Source: Pristiophorus japonicus (lineage: Eukaryota). Taken from it: a stretch of 64,000 bases of DNA. The notes beneath the pieces are model-generated. The model was not told where the DNA came from and searched no databases. It saw only the letters and a list, made by a program, of their open reading frames with translations. The stretch is taken from positions 66,092,001-66,156,000 of the forward strand of contig NC_091999.1 of NCBI RefSeq assembly GCF_044704955.1, in the 5' to 3' direction. Shown here one piece after another: positions 29,112 to 40,850 of this stretch (positions are counted from its first letter, which is position 1; every line of letters starts with the position of its first letter). Position numbers and translations under genes: made by a program.

Positions 29112-30181
29112 ACAGGAGGCAGAGAGTAGGGATAAATGGGTCCTTTTCACAATGGCAGTGAGTGCCTAGTGGGATACTGCAGGGCTCAGTGCTGGGTCCC
29201 CAGCTTTTTGCAATATACATTAACGATTTGGATGACGGAATTGAGTGTAATATCACCAAGTTTGCAGATGACACTAAGCTGGATGGCGGTGTAAGTTGTG
29301 AGGAGGAAGCAAAAAGGCTGCAGGGTGATTGGACAGTTGGTGAGTGAGCAATAGCTTGGCAGATGCATATAATGTGGATAAATGTGAGGTTATCCACGAT
29401 GGTGGCAAAGACACGATGGCAGAATATTATCTGAATGTTGGCAGATTAGGAAAAGGGGATGTGCAGCAAGACCTGGGTGTCATCGTACATCAGTTGGCAT
29501 GCAGTTTCAACAGGTGTTGAAGAAGGCAAATTATATGTTAGCCTTCATAGATAGGGATTTGAGTGTAGGAGCAGGGGGGTCTTAACGCAGTTGTACAGGG
29601 CCTTAGTGAGGCCTCACCTGGAATATTGTGTTCAGTTTTGTCTCCTAATCTGAGGAAGGAGTTCTTGCTATTGAGGGAGTGCAGCGAAGGTTCACCACAC
29701 TGATTCCCGGGATGGCAGGACTAACATATGAGGAGAGACTGGATCGACTGGGCCTGTATTCACTGGAGTTTAGAAGGAGGAGAGGGGATCTCATAGAAAC
29801 ATATAAAATTCTGCCGGGATGGGAGAGGTTAGATGCAGGAAGGATGTTCCCGATGTTGGGGAAGTCCAGAACCAGGGGCCATAGTATAAGGATAAGGGGT
29901 AAGCCATTTAGGACTGAGATGAGGAGGAACTCCTTCACCCAGACAATTGTTAACCTGTGGAATTCCCTACAGCAGAGAGTTGCAGATGCCAGTTCATTGG
30001 ATATATTCAAGAGGGAGTTAGATATCGCCCTTATGACTAAATGGGTCAAGGGGTATGGAAAGAAAGCAGAAAAGGGGTACTGAGGTGAATAACTTGCCAT
30101 GAGCTTATTGAATGGTGATGCAGGCTCGAAGGGCCGAATGGTCTACTCCTGCACCTATTTTCTATGTTTCTATGTTTCTAT
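29112..30181 (+). mobile_element. CR1 LINE ORF2 3' part, copy-specific insertion
   Basis: [19 protein letters not shown], (TTTCTATG)n tail. Confidence 0.9.
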
Positions 30182-31574
30182 TCCAAGGATGTGAAATTCG
30201 TTTCAAGTTATTTCTAAATGTCAACATTTAAAATAGTCATTGCAATAGGTGACTCATCGAGTCATTGTTTTAACTTGTTTAGTTTAAATGACTTGAAACT
30301 TCTGCGAAATGGATATCCTGTGAAATACTCGTCTGGTCAGAGAAGTTCCACTGATTTTGCTAACAGAATTTTCAGAACTGAACTTTTAATTTAATATTTT
30401 TCCTTTGATATAAATCACATCTGTTCTAATTGAACAAAACAAACACCGATATCACTGCGCCAGATATTTCCATTTCTTTGTAACCACAGTCAATATTCTT
30501 AAAAGTAAACGCGTGCTGTGAGTTCAAACTAATCAGATAGTGAATTTGTGGATCTTGATTTGCTGCCATTAACACTTCATGGAAACCAGTGATGTGTTTT
30601 TCTGAATAAATACAGAAATAGGAGTCCCATATTAGAGCATTGAACGAAAGAAGCACAATAAATGTTTCCCCTCCAACACAGAATAGAAATAAAGAGAGAG
30701 AAAAATGCAACTGTCTCAACGGATTCCAGCAACAATTGTTTTTTGGGATATTTCTAGTAGCTATAGGAGAATAAATTAAAGATGATATCCACGGTCAGAA
30801 TGGGGAACAATTCTTGTCACCGTATATAGTGACAGCTCAAATGTATTAGTGGCGATTCCCTGTAGCCCCTCACTCTCTGCCTCTCGCTCCTATTCCCACC
30901 ATCTTTCTTACCTCCAAAGAATGCGTCATTATCTTTACCTCACCATAAGAAGTCAATATCTAATAAAAAAATTCCCTAAGGTCTATTTCCAGGCCTCAAC
31001 CCAAATTGGTTGGCTTGCAGAGAGGGAGCATTATAATAAAATATATCGTGGGAACTCAATGATCTGGGAGTTTTTGATGGGATTCCAAAGAGGGAACTTT
31101 ACTCTGCATCTAACCGGTGCAGTTTCTGCCCTGTGAGCCTTTGGTGGAACAGTGCAGAGGGAGCTTTACTCTGTAACTAACCCCCTGTTGTCACTGCCCT
31201 GGGAGTGGTTGAAGGGATGGTGTGGAGGAAGCTTTACTTTCTATTTAAACCGTGATGTATCTGCCTTGGGAGTGTTTGATGGGACGGTGCAGAGGGAGCT
31301 TCATTGTTTCTCGACCTCTGTTGTACCTGCGCTGGGAGTGTTTGATGGCACAGAGTGACACCTCTACCCCAGAGATATCAGTGCAGCATCATACACATTG
31401 TATTTCTTTATTACCTTTTGGACATTATCACGTCAGCAACACCTAAACACCGGTTGACTTCATTCTTCAAAACAATGCAGCGTCATCATTCTGACTTATT
31501 CGCCTTAGCAATTTCAGTTCGACCTTTGATCCTCAGCCATACGGAGTGCTCGATGTGACCTATATAGACACAGC

Positions 31575-33250
31575 TAAACCCCAGGGTCTAGTGCAGTTAC
31601 AACTGAGACAGGTACACTTGTAAGATAAACAGAGAGACGATGTAGTGCAATATAAAAAGCGGCAGGGTCTAGCGTAATATAAAGAGAGACAGCTTCTAGT
31701 GCATTAATATAAACAGAGACCTGGTCTAGTGTAATATAAACAGAGACCGTGTCTAGTTTAATATAAACAGAGACTGCGTCTAATGTAATATAAACAGTCA
31801 CAGGGTATAGTGAAATATACGCAGAAACAGAGTCTAGTATAATATAAACAGAGACTGGGTATAGTGTAATATGAACAGAGACATGGTTTACTGTAATATA
31901 AACAGAGACAGTGTCTAATGTAAAATTTAAAAATACCTGGTCTAGTTTAATAATAAAAGAGACAGTGTCTCGTGTAATATAAACATGGGCAGGGCCCCTT
32001 GTAATATAAACAGAGACAGTGTCCAGTATAGCATAAACAGTGACATTTTTAGTGCAATATAAACTGAGACAGTGTCCTGTCTAACATAAACAGAGACAGG
32101 GACTAGTGAAATATAAATTAAGACAGTGTCTAGTGTAACATGAACAGGGACATGGTCTAGTGAAATATAAACAGAGACAGGGTCTAGTGTAATATAAACA
32201 GAGACATGATCTGGTTTACTATAAAGAGAGACAGGGCCTCGTTTAATATAAAGAGAGACAGGGTCTCGTGTAATATGAACAGAGGCGGGGCGTCGTGTAA
32301 TATAAACAGAGACAGCGTCTAGTGTAATAGAAAAAATACAGGGTCTAGTGTAATATAAACAGAGACAGGGTCTGGTGTAATATAAACAGAGACAAGGTCG
32401 AGTGTCATAGAAACAGAGACAGAGTCTGGTGTTGTATAAAAAGAGACAGCACCCAGTGTAATTTAAAAAATGCAGGGCCTCGTGTAACATAAACAGAGAC
32501 AGTGTGTAGTGCAATATAAACAGTGACAGTATCTACTGTAATATAAAAAAATACAAGGGGTAGTGTAATATAAACAGAGACAGGGTCTATTGTAATATAA
32601 ACAGAGAAATGATCTAGTGTAATATAAAGAGGGACAGGGTCTAGTGTAATATAAACCGAGATAGGTCCCGTTGTAATATAAACGGAGTCAGGGTCTAGTC
32701 TATTTTAAAGAGACAGGGGATAGTATAATATAAACAGTGACAGTGCCCAACATAACATAACAAAGGATATCGTGTTGCAATAATAACTAATACAGGATCT
32801 ATTGTATTATAAACAGTGACATTTGTTAGTGAAATATGAACTGAGGCAGTGTCCAGTGTAATATAAACAAAGACACGGACTAGTGAAATATAAACAGAGG
32901 CAGTGTCTAGTGCAATATAAACCGAAACAGGAACCAGTGAAATATTAAAAGAAACAATGTCTAATGTAATATAAACAGAGACAGTGTCTAGTGCAGTGTT
33001 CACTGTGACAGGGTCTAATGATTAAAACAGATGGTCTAGTGCTGTGAAAGCTGATACAGAGCCTATCATAATATAAACAGGGACAGGGTCTAGTGCAGTT
33101 TAACTGAGACAGGATCTACAGTAATAAAATAGATCACGAGTCTAGTGCTGTAATAACTGAGTCAGGGCCTTGTGCAATATGAATAGAGAGATGATTCAAT
33201 GCAGTTATAATTAAACAGGATCTAGAGTAATTTAAACATACAGAGTGTCC
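31575..33250 (+). repeat. 27-bp minisatellite array (largest)
   Basis: Tandem units over about 1.7 kb. Confidence 0.92.
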
Positions 33251-33404
33251 ATAGTAATTTGATAGCACTTTCCAGCCATGCAAATCTTTATGTCTGTCTC
33301 TCTGTCTATCTGTCTGTCTGTTGTTCAGTCATTCGTTCGGTCCGTTGTTCCGTGCATCCGTCCGTGGATTCATACTTCTAACCATCTATCTGTACTTCTA
33401 TCTA

Positions 33405-33690
33405 ATATTACACTAGACTCTGCCCCTGTTTATATTACACTAGACCCTGCCCCTGTTTATATTACACTAGACCCTGCCTCTGTTTCTATTACACTAGACC
33501 CTGTCTATGTTTAAAATGTACTAGACCCTGCCTCTTTCTTATTACACTAGATCCTGTCTCTGTTTATATTACACTTGATCCTGTCTCTGTTTATATTACA
33601 CGAGACCCTGTCTCTGCTTATATTGTACTAGACATTATCCCTGTTTATTATTACCCTCTACACTGACTGTTAATATATTACACCAGATCA
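33405..33690 (-). repeat. 27-bp minisatellite in inverted orientation
   Basis: TATATTACACTAGACCCTG units on +. Confidence 0.9.
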
Positions 33691-34090
33691 TCTTTCCTTT
33701 TGAAATGTATATTGATTTCACTTTTTGAAAGTTATAATTGAATCTGCTGCCATCACCGTTTCAGGCACTACATTCCAGGTTATTACAATTCGCAGCATAA
33801 AAAAATCTCCTTATTTCAACACTGGATTTATTTTATTAATCATCTTAAACTTTGTCCTCTGGTACCGATACCCCTGCCGATGAAAACCCTACCGTACTAT
33901 CGACTCTATTAAACACTTTAACAATTTTGAAAACCTCTGTTAATTTCCCGTCTTAGCATTCCATGCTATACGATGAACAATCCTATCGTCTCTCGTGTCT
34001 ACAGAACTAAACTCCCTCATACCGTGCACCAATTTCCTCTGCATCCTCGCCAAGTCCTCAATAATCTTCCTAAAGTTTGGCTTGAAATAA
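33690..34090 (-). mobile_element. Old CR1-like 3' fragment
   Basis: Similar to 9500-9900. Confidence 0.55.
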
Positions 34091-34469
34091 ATGCAATCTT
34101 TATTTGCCCTTCAGTTATTTCTAAGGATACATGTGCTCTCTTCAAATTTGACTGATTGAGCAGTAATCTGAGCATTAGTTGTATTGTTAAAAGTGCTGTT
34201 ACTTGTTTGGACAATGCAGACACTGACTGAAATGCTCAGCAACATCGGCCTCTGCATGACTCATGTTTCAATATTATCACTGTCGCCATCTGCTGATAAA
34301 CGACATCTACTGCACGCCCCAAACTTAACTTTAACCATGATTCATTATTCCACTCACATTAACTTACATGAACGTTTACCCAGAGGATTTTTTTAGAGCA
34401 AACCACAAGAGGTGCACAGGATCAGGAAGTATTAAGGGCGGAATTACCAACATTATTGTTGCAAATTCA

Positions 34470-34522
34470 TTCTATCTATCTATCTATCTATCGATCTATC
34501 TATCTCTCTATCTATCTATCTA
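34470..34522 (+). repeat. (TCTA)n microsatellite
   Basis: Direct reading. Confidence 0.95.
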
Positions 34523-36028
34523 TTACAGGGTAATTTGCGGTACTGTTACTCCAGCTGACTGCTGCTACTGACATGGCATCTGAGACATTTGATATAATTC
34601 CTTTCCAGGGATATGGGAACAGTTACACACTTTTACACAACGAAAACATTAAACTTAATTCCAGTACTGTTACTGCTCAGATGTGTATATAAACAGGCCT
34701 TTTGACAATGTAAAGGTTTTGAAGTTGGCTTCCAGCCAAGCGGTCAGTAATGAGAAAACAAACATTTAATGGACTGCACAGAACGCCAGATGCTTCCTGT
34801 AAATGACATTGGGTGTTCGAGGCTCGCTGACGGCAGCTGCTGGGTTGTTGCCAAATACTGTGTGGGTCAGATTAGCGTGAACATGAATGGGAGAAAGTTG
34901 GTATCTACCTATTTTAACATTAAATTATTCAGTAGCACATTTAAAACAAGAAACATTTTACATGCTATTATATCTTGAGAATAATTTTCCGTAAATTCCA
35001 TTACCGCAATATTGTAGAATGGGATTAGAAAATAATGAATTGATCCACAAGGTATCTAATGAAAACTGTTTCCAAATAAAGACCATTCTAGATCATTCTG
35101 TCCCTTTATTCTGTAGAGCATGGAGTGCTGGAGAGAGGTTTAATGACTGACCCCACCCCACACTGTAATAAGATTCGTGCTATTCACAAAGTTAATAAAC
35201 AGAGATGGAATTGGCTTGAGTCCGCTGCACTTACTTTAACATTCTCATATAATTCTACGCCTGATGTATGCTTACTACTGATTAGCAGCCGCGCACTGTG
35301 CGTTGTAATTTGAGATGATTTGGGTCTGTGAACTACCCCTCATGTAGCCCGGCTACCAATGGATAGAGAAATGCCCTGATTCAGATCAGTTTCAGCGGGA
35401 GATAAAGCATTTATTCCTAGAATATCCTGCAACATACCGCTGTGTCCTGATAGGCCGTGCATCTGGTACCCGTCCCTGTTACACAGTTGGTCGCTATTAA
35501 AGTTAGCTGCAAGGATTTGGATGTCGAGGTGTCCTGATCGTATTATCAGTTCTGATTCCCAAGCTTCTCTCATAAGATGCTGATCTGAAGCCGGCGGGCC
35601 AAACTTTCTTATGTCTCTCCGTCACCTCAATCCTTACTTATCAGGCAAGAAGACTTATTTTACAGCGAATTTTAAAAGAGATGTCTTAGGGTCACAGACT
35701 CTGGGGCAGTTAGTGAAATGCAATTTGTGACAATTGAATAATGTGAGGTGTGTAAACCTATCACCAGACACAAATTGTGTAGCTTTAGTCATCCATTGTT
35801 TGTAGAATCACATTAGCCATCTCCCGCACTTGGTTACATAGAATGATAACAATTCAGATTACAGGGGATATTTTATTGGTACAGATGCATGGGAGATGGA
35901 GAAACACAAACTGGCAGTGTTTTAATCCGTGATAATGTAATTCAATCTCAGGGATTCACGTCCCCTGTAAATCAGTAAGGAAAGAAAGGGATTTAATTTA
36001 CAGTCCAGATGTGAGTCTATTCTGTTGG

Positions 36029-36123
36029 TGACGTGAAAGGTGTGACGTGGATCCAGAAACCGCCTCTATCAGGGAATCAATGGGCGGCGCCTGTAACCTC
36101 GCCCCCATCTCCCGGGTATTTAA
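36029..36123 (+). promoter_or_regulatory. VH promoter: two CRE-like TGACGT motifs and TATA-like TATTTAA
   Basis: TGACGT at 36029 and 36043, TATTTAA at 36117, about 100 nt upstream of the leader ATG; no ATGCAAAT octamer seen. Confidence 0.65.
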
Positions 36124-36215
36124 CTGCCGGTCACTAGGACCGCAATACAACAGTCTGGGAGAAGGTTTGCTCAGTGAGTTCTTGCCGGAACCATTTACCA
36201 CTCATTGCCAGGAGG

Positions 36216-36261
36216 ATGAGGTCGGCGATATCTCTCAGTCTGTTGCTGGCTTTCTTCTCCC
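36216..36261 (+). CDS. IGHV: IgH leader (signal peptide) exon, MRSAISLSLLLAFFS(R)
   Basis: ATG at 36216, hydrophobic leader typical of shark VH, phase-1 donor C|GTGAGT at 36262; 126-nt intron ends in ttttacAG at 36387. Confidence 0.95.
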
Positions 36262-36387
36262 GTGAGTAGGTTTTATTGTCCAATCTCTCACTGTTACTGT
36301 CTCAGTGTTAGTCTCTCTCTGGAATGTTTCAGAGTCAGGAATCATTTCACCAAGATCGATCCTCGGGGTTTTTGATTCTTTTTACAG

Positions 36388-36744
36388 GTGTCCAGACGGA
36401 CGTGGTGTTGACTCAGCCCAAGGCAGAGACCAGGATACTTGGAGACTCCCTGAGACTGACCTGTAAAACTGGCGGGTTCAGTCTTAATTCCACCTACATG
36501 TACTGGGTCCGAAAGGTTCCCGGACAGAGCGTCGAGAGCCTGGTTAAATATTATAGTTCATCGAGCAGCTATTACGCCCCAGGGATTGAGAGCCGATTTA
36601 CTGCTTCCAAAGACACTTCAAGCAACATCTTCACGTTCGACATGAATAACCTGAGGAGCGAAGACACCGCCATCTATTACTGTGCAAGTGGGACTAACGC
36701 CTTGCACCACTGGGGACAAGGGACCATGGTAACGGTGACTGCAG
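36388..36744 (+). CDS. IGHV: Pre-joined (germline-joined) VH-D-JH exon
   Basis: Continuous [13 protein letters not shown]...LTCKTGG...WVR...[27 protein letters not shown], then donor G|GTAAAT at 36745. No CACAGTG heptamer after YYC and no separate D or J segments. Confidence 0.96.
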
Positions 36745-36787
36745 GTAAATAACATTCACTCATTCATTAACTGTTGTATTTGTGTCT

Positions 36788-38025
36788 TTATTTTATATTT
36801 CTGTTTATTTTAACATTTATTTCATTCACTGAAACTTGCATTCGGTGGATTTTGTATTGAGCTTTTTTTCAATGTTCAATGTGATTCTGCTGCAAAGGGA
36901 ATATAGAATTCAACAGTTTCTCCACAGAAAATGTTGTTGATGTGAGTTGAGGTACATCTGCTGACGAGACTGTGTGCCTGGGTTACTTTAAATACTTTAT
37001 GGTTGTTACACTGTTTGACGTTTTTGCAATGTTTAATCTCGATGACCTCTATTACTGCAGTTTTTACTGATCGAATGCAAACATTGTGTTTAAATGTGTT
37101 TGAAAGAACACTGTGGGCACAAAACTGAATGCTTCGCGCTCGGTAAATAATCTTAAGGATTTTAAAGTATTTTTGTAAAAATTACATTGTCATCTCATGT
37201 ACTGATGTAATGTTCCCGAACGCTCAGATTCAATACGTGGTGTTACTGTAATTAAGAACTGAAAAATAAACCAATTTCAAGTTGGAACAGATTTAAATTA
37301 ATATTACTAACATTATTATAATGTCGTAATATCACCCATTATTATTAATAAATATGCTATAATATCAACATTAATGCATTTAACATGATCTGTCTGATCA
37401 CACTTCTGCGGCCATTATTTTATATTTCTGTTTAATTCAATCATTAGTTATTTCAGTGTTAGGCGGGTTCGGTGATTCTGTATTGAGACATTTTGCAATG
37501 ATACATTTGATTCTGCTGAAAGGGTTTATGGAATGAAGGGTCTGCTCCATGAAAGGTTCTGTCGAGGGATTCCGCCCCACAGTGATGTGATTTAGTGTTG
37601 ATTTGCTGAGTAGAGTTTGTGTCTGTGTTACTCAGGATACTTCGAATTTGTGAAACTGCTTGACGTTTCTACAATGGTGATTATCAGTGACAGCGGGCAG
37701 CAGCAGGTTTCTGATCAAATGCAAACACGATATGTTTTTGAAACTGTTTAAATGCAGATTGTAGACAGTGAACAGGAAGGTTTTAGAAATCAGAATTCAT
37801 TGAGAGGTATTTTAACCTAAAAATTATTGAAGTTATAATTATGTATTGAACTATTAATTTATGTTTACAATGCTGATATTTACGGTGTGAAGTATTACTG
37901 TAATTACCAGCTACATAATTGGCAAGTTTTCAGGTTGTAGTTCAATTAAATGACTATAAACCAACCGATTATAATGCGATAATATCTTCCAATGTTATCA
38001 AAAAGGCTATAATATCAATGTTAAT
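36788..38025 (+). repeat. Diverged ~630-bp tandem duplication at the start of the J-C intron
   Basis: Colinear matches at 36788/37415 (TTATTTTATATTTCTGTTTA), 37016/37661 (TGACGTTT), 37075/37719 (ATGCAAACA) and 37356/38006 (GCTATAATATCAA). Confidence 0.8.
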
Positions 38026-40309
38026 TTACTTAATATTATTAGCTTTTCAAAATCCTGCCCTACCCTGGGCTCTATTAACGGGAGCGGAAACGTTTAGAGG
38101 CTGGATACAGTTATTGATTATGCGTGCAATTATTTCACTGACAATATATTCATTCCACCGTTGTGTTCAGTTTGATTCGGTGTTCACTTGCTTGCTACTC
38201 CTGTTTACACAGATGACTGAGAGAGTGTATTAAATTATAACTTAAAACCATGTTGTAAATTGCATTTTGTCAATTTAATATATCTGCCGGGGTCAGAAAT
38301 TCTTACTGTGCAGCCGAAATTTGTTATTGAATCAATAGTGTGTGTTGTTTGATAGCGATAGAATTATCACTAATCTAATCTTAAACAGTTTGCAAGACCA
38401 AAGGCTGAGAGACAGGCGTCGCTGGCAGTCAAAGAATTGTTCATGAGATTATATTTAAATTTAGGGCATTTTCAGACTGCGTATGGCTGGAGACTATCAA
38501 ATTATCCATCGAAATTCAAGCAGATTAATTTACTTACAAATGTTTCATCTTATTTTGAATGTAAAACCACACCCTATCTGCCAAAGTGCTGCTGTATACG
38601 TGATAGAACCGTAGAAAAAAGCACAGATCATATCTGAGAGATATGCTTAATTCCTATTAATATTAAATTGATGAACAAAGTCTCTCCTCCATTTCCTCAT
38701 TCAATTTCAGTGCCGCAGATGGTCTGAATAAATTATTATCTCCAGTTTTACACTGACCATTCTGGAAACTATTTTCAGGAAGTAGTAGAATATATTTAAT
38801 CATTAATTTGCGGGCATTGTGTGAATAACAGGAGTGAACTATAAAAGATTGTCTGTGTTATTAAATAGTGGAGGCTCTGCTACTGACTGCAAACTGCACG
38901 AGTAGGATTTAATTACTAAAACCATTTTTGGGTGTGTTAAGATTGAGGAGAATATTTCAGCTCGAGAGTCCAGCATTGGTAAACAAAGGTTCACAGCCCA
39001 ACGGAGTTGTGACCCCGGCCTGACATTGAACTATTTAAAATAGTCCACTCCTAAATCCATCATGAGAAACGTCCTCTGAGAATAGACACAGTTTATGCTA
39101 TATCAGAAACATGCAGTGTTTAAATGTGTCGGTAGAGAGCGGACTGTAGTAGAACTGCGTGAAAATTGTCAATTATTCAAATGTGATTCGAGTTAAGTAA
39201 AAAGAATGTATTTTTCTGATTGTATTTATGAATTAATATGCTGCTTAATATTTTAATATTGATGAATTGTTTGCTAAGTTAATTAAACCCTAATATATCA
39301 CAAGTTACCACGCAGAAAACGGTTTGAAAATTATTATTAATGAATTGTATTAGTAAGGCTGAAATTAAACACCTTAATTTAAATTCAAATGTACCAGTTA
39401 TGTGTGCTTCTGAGGAGCTAACATGAATATTAACTTAGAATTTAACATCAGTGCTAATTCATTAAACATAAATGATCTCTTGCAATTGCGTTGCATACTG
39501 GTCAGTATTACAGTTATTAGATAATCTCAGGGGTTGGGGAGAATGTTTAATTAATTCCTAAATTAATTTAGAAAACATTGCATTTGTTTAAGTTCGGCAG
39601 TGCTGAATTCGATAAGGTGTCGCTGCAGATTTTAGTGAATGAACTTTGTTTTTGCCTCGATGATATTACAGATTATATTTACTGATGAAACTATATCAAA
39701 TCAGTGGGTGATCAGATTAAAATGTGTATATCTCCTGCATTGTGATATTCTTACTCTGTCACTGAGTCCCGTGTGATGCGCAGCAAATTCCCGAGCAATG
39801 TGAATTATTTCCAGAACTTGTTTTCAGGGAAATTAATTTTTACACGGTTTACAAGATTGCAGACAGAGGGGGAGAAATGGCTGGATGTTGAATAGTTTCT
39901 GAAATTATTATCAGGTTAATTTCAAAGAATCTGCAGAGTTGAGGTGGTTGGGAATTGACAAGATATCAATTCGAAATCAAACAGCTTCATTGAAATTAAC
40001 AGATTGAACTGGTCTCTCTGCCTGGAGCACCATTGTGGCACCGTTTGTATCTGTTCTGTCTTTGTCCGCCTGCTCACTGTGTGAGAATCAGGAGTCTTTC
40101 TGCCTGGTTCTTAAACTTGTGTTTTGTGATCTTGTATTGCGGGGCATGTCATTTGAATCGGTTATTTGAGAAACTTGTATATGTGAGAAACTTGGAGATT
40201 GACTTTAAGAATGAAGAGGCGCCTCAGGAATGAGATCAGTAACCCAGATTGTCACAATCAGAAGGAGCAGTTCAGAAACACAACGGGAAGACTGGAGAAG
40301 GAACTTTAA

Positions 40310-40850
40310 TCACTTTCTAACGTGGCTGTACATCCCCTGGGCGGGTTTGATGGGAGAGTGTAGAGGGAGCTGTACTCGAGAACTAACCCGTACTGTACCT
40401 GCCCTCGGAGTGTTTGATGTGACAGTTTATAAGGAGCTTTAGTCTTTATCTAACCTGGCTGTACCTGCTCTGGGAGTCTTGATGGGACAGTTTAGAGGCA
40501 GGTTTACTCTCTATCTAACCCGTGCTGTACCTGCCCTGGGAATGTTTGATGGGACAGTGTAGAGGCAGCTTTAGTCTGTATCTGACCCACGTTGAACCTG
40601 CCCTGGGAGTGTTTGATATTACAGTGAAGAGCGTGCTTTACTCTGTATGCAACCCATGCTGTACCTTTCCCGGGAGTGTTTGATAGGACATTGTAAAGGG
40701 AAATAAACTCTTTATCTAACCCCGTGCTGTACCTGCTCTGAGAGTGTTTGATGGGACAGTGTTGAGGGACTTTTACTCTGCATCTAACTCGTGCTTTATC
40801 TTATCTGGCAGTGTTTGATGGGACATTGCAGAGGGAACTTTAATCAGTAT
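40310..40850 (+). repeat. ~67-bp tandem repeat array in the J-C intron
   Basis: About 8 units of the GTGTTTGATGGGACAGTG... repeat. Confidence 0.88.

Noticed and set aside
31574-33514. ORFs with VYITLDPVS repeats (also at 3150, 21512, 25313)
   Set aside because: Translations of the 27-bp minisatellite; frames shift and stop at random.
36324-36387. ORF-track start MFQSQESF for the V gene (likewise 46975 and 52185 for C exons)
   Set aside because: Intronic read-through upstream of the true splice acceptors.
36216-36744. Processed (retrotransposed) Ig pseudogene
   Set aside because: Leader and J-C introns and promoter are present; no poly(A) tail or TSD.
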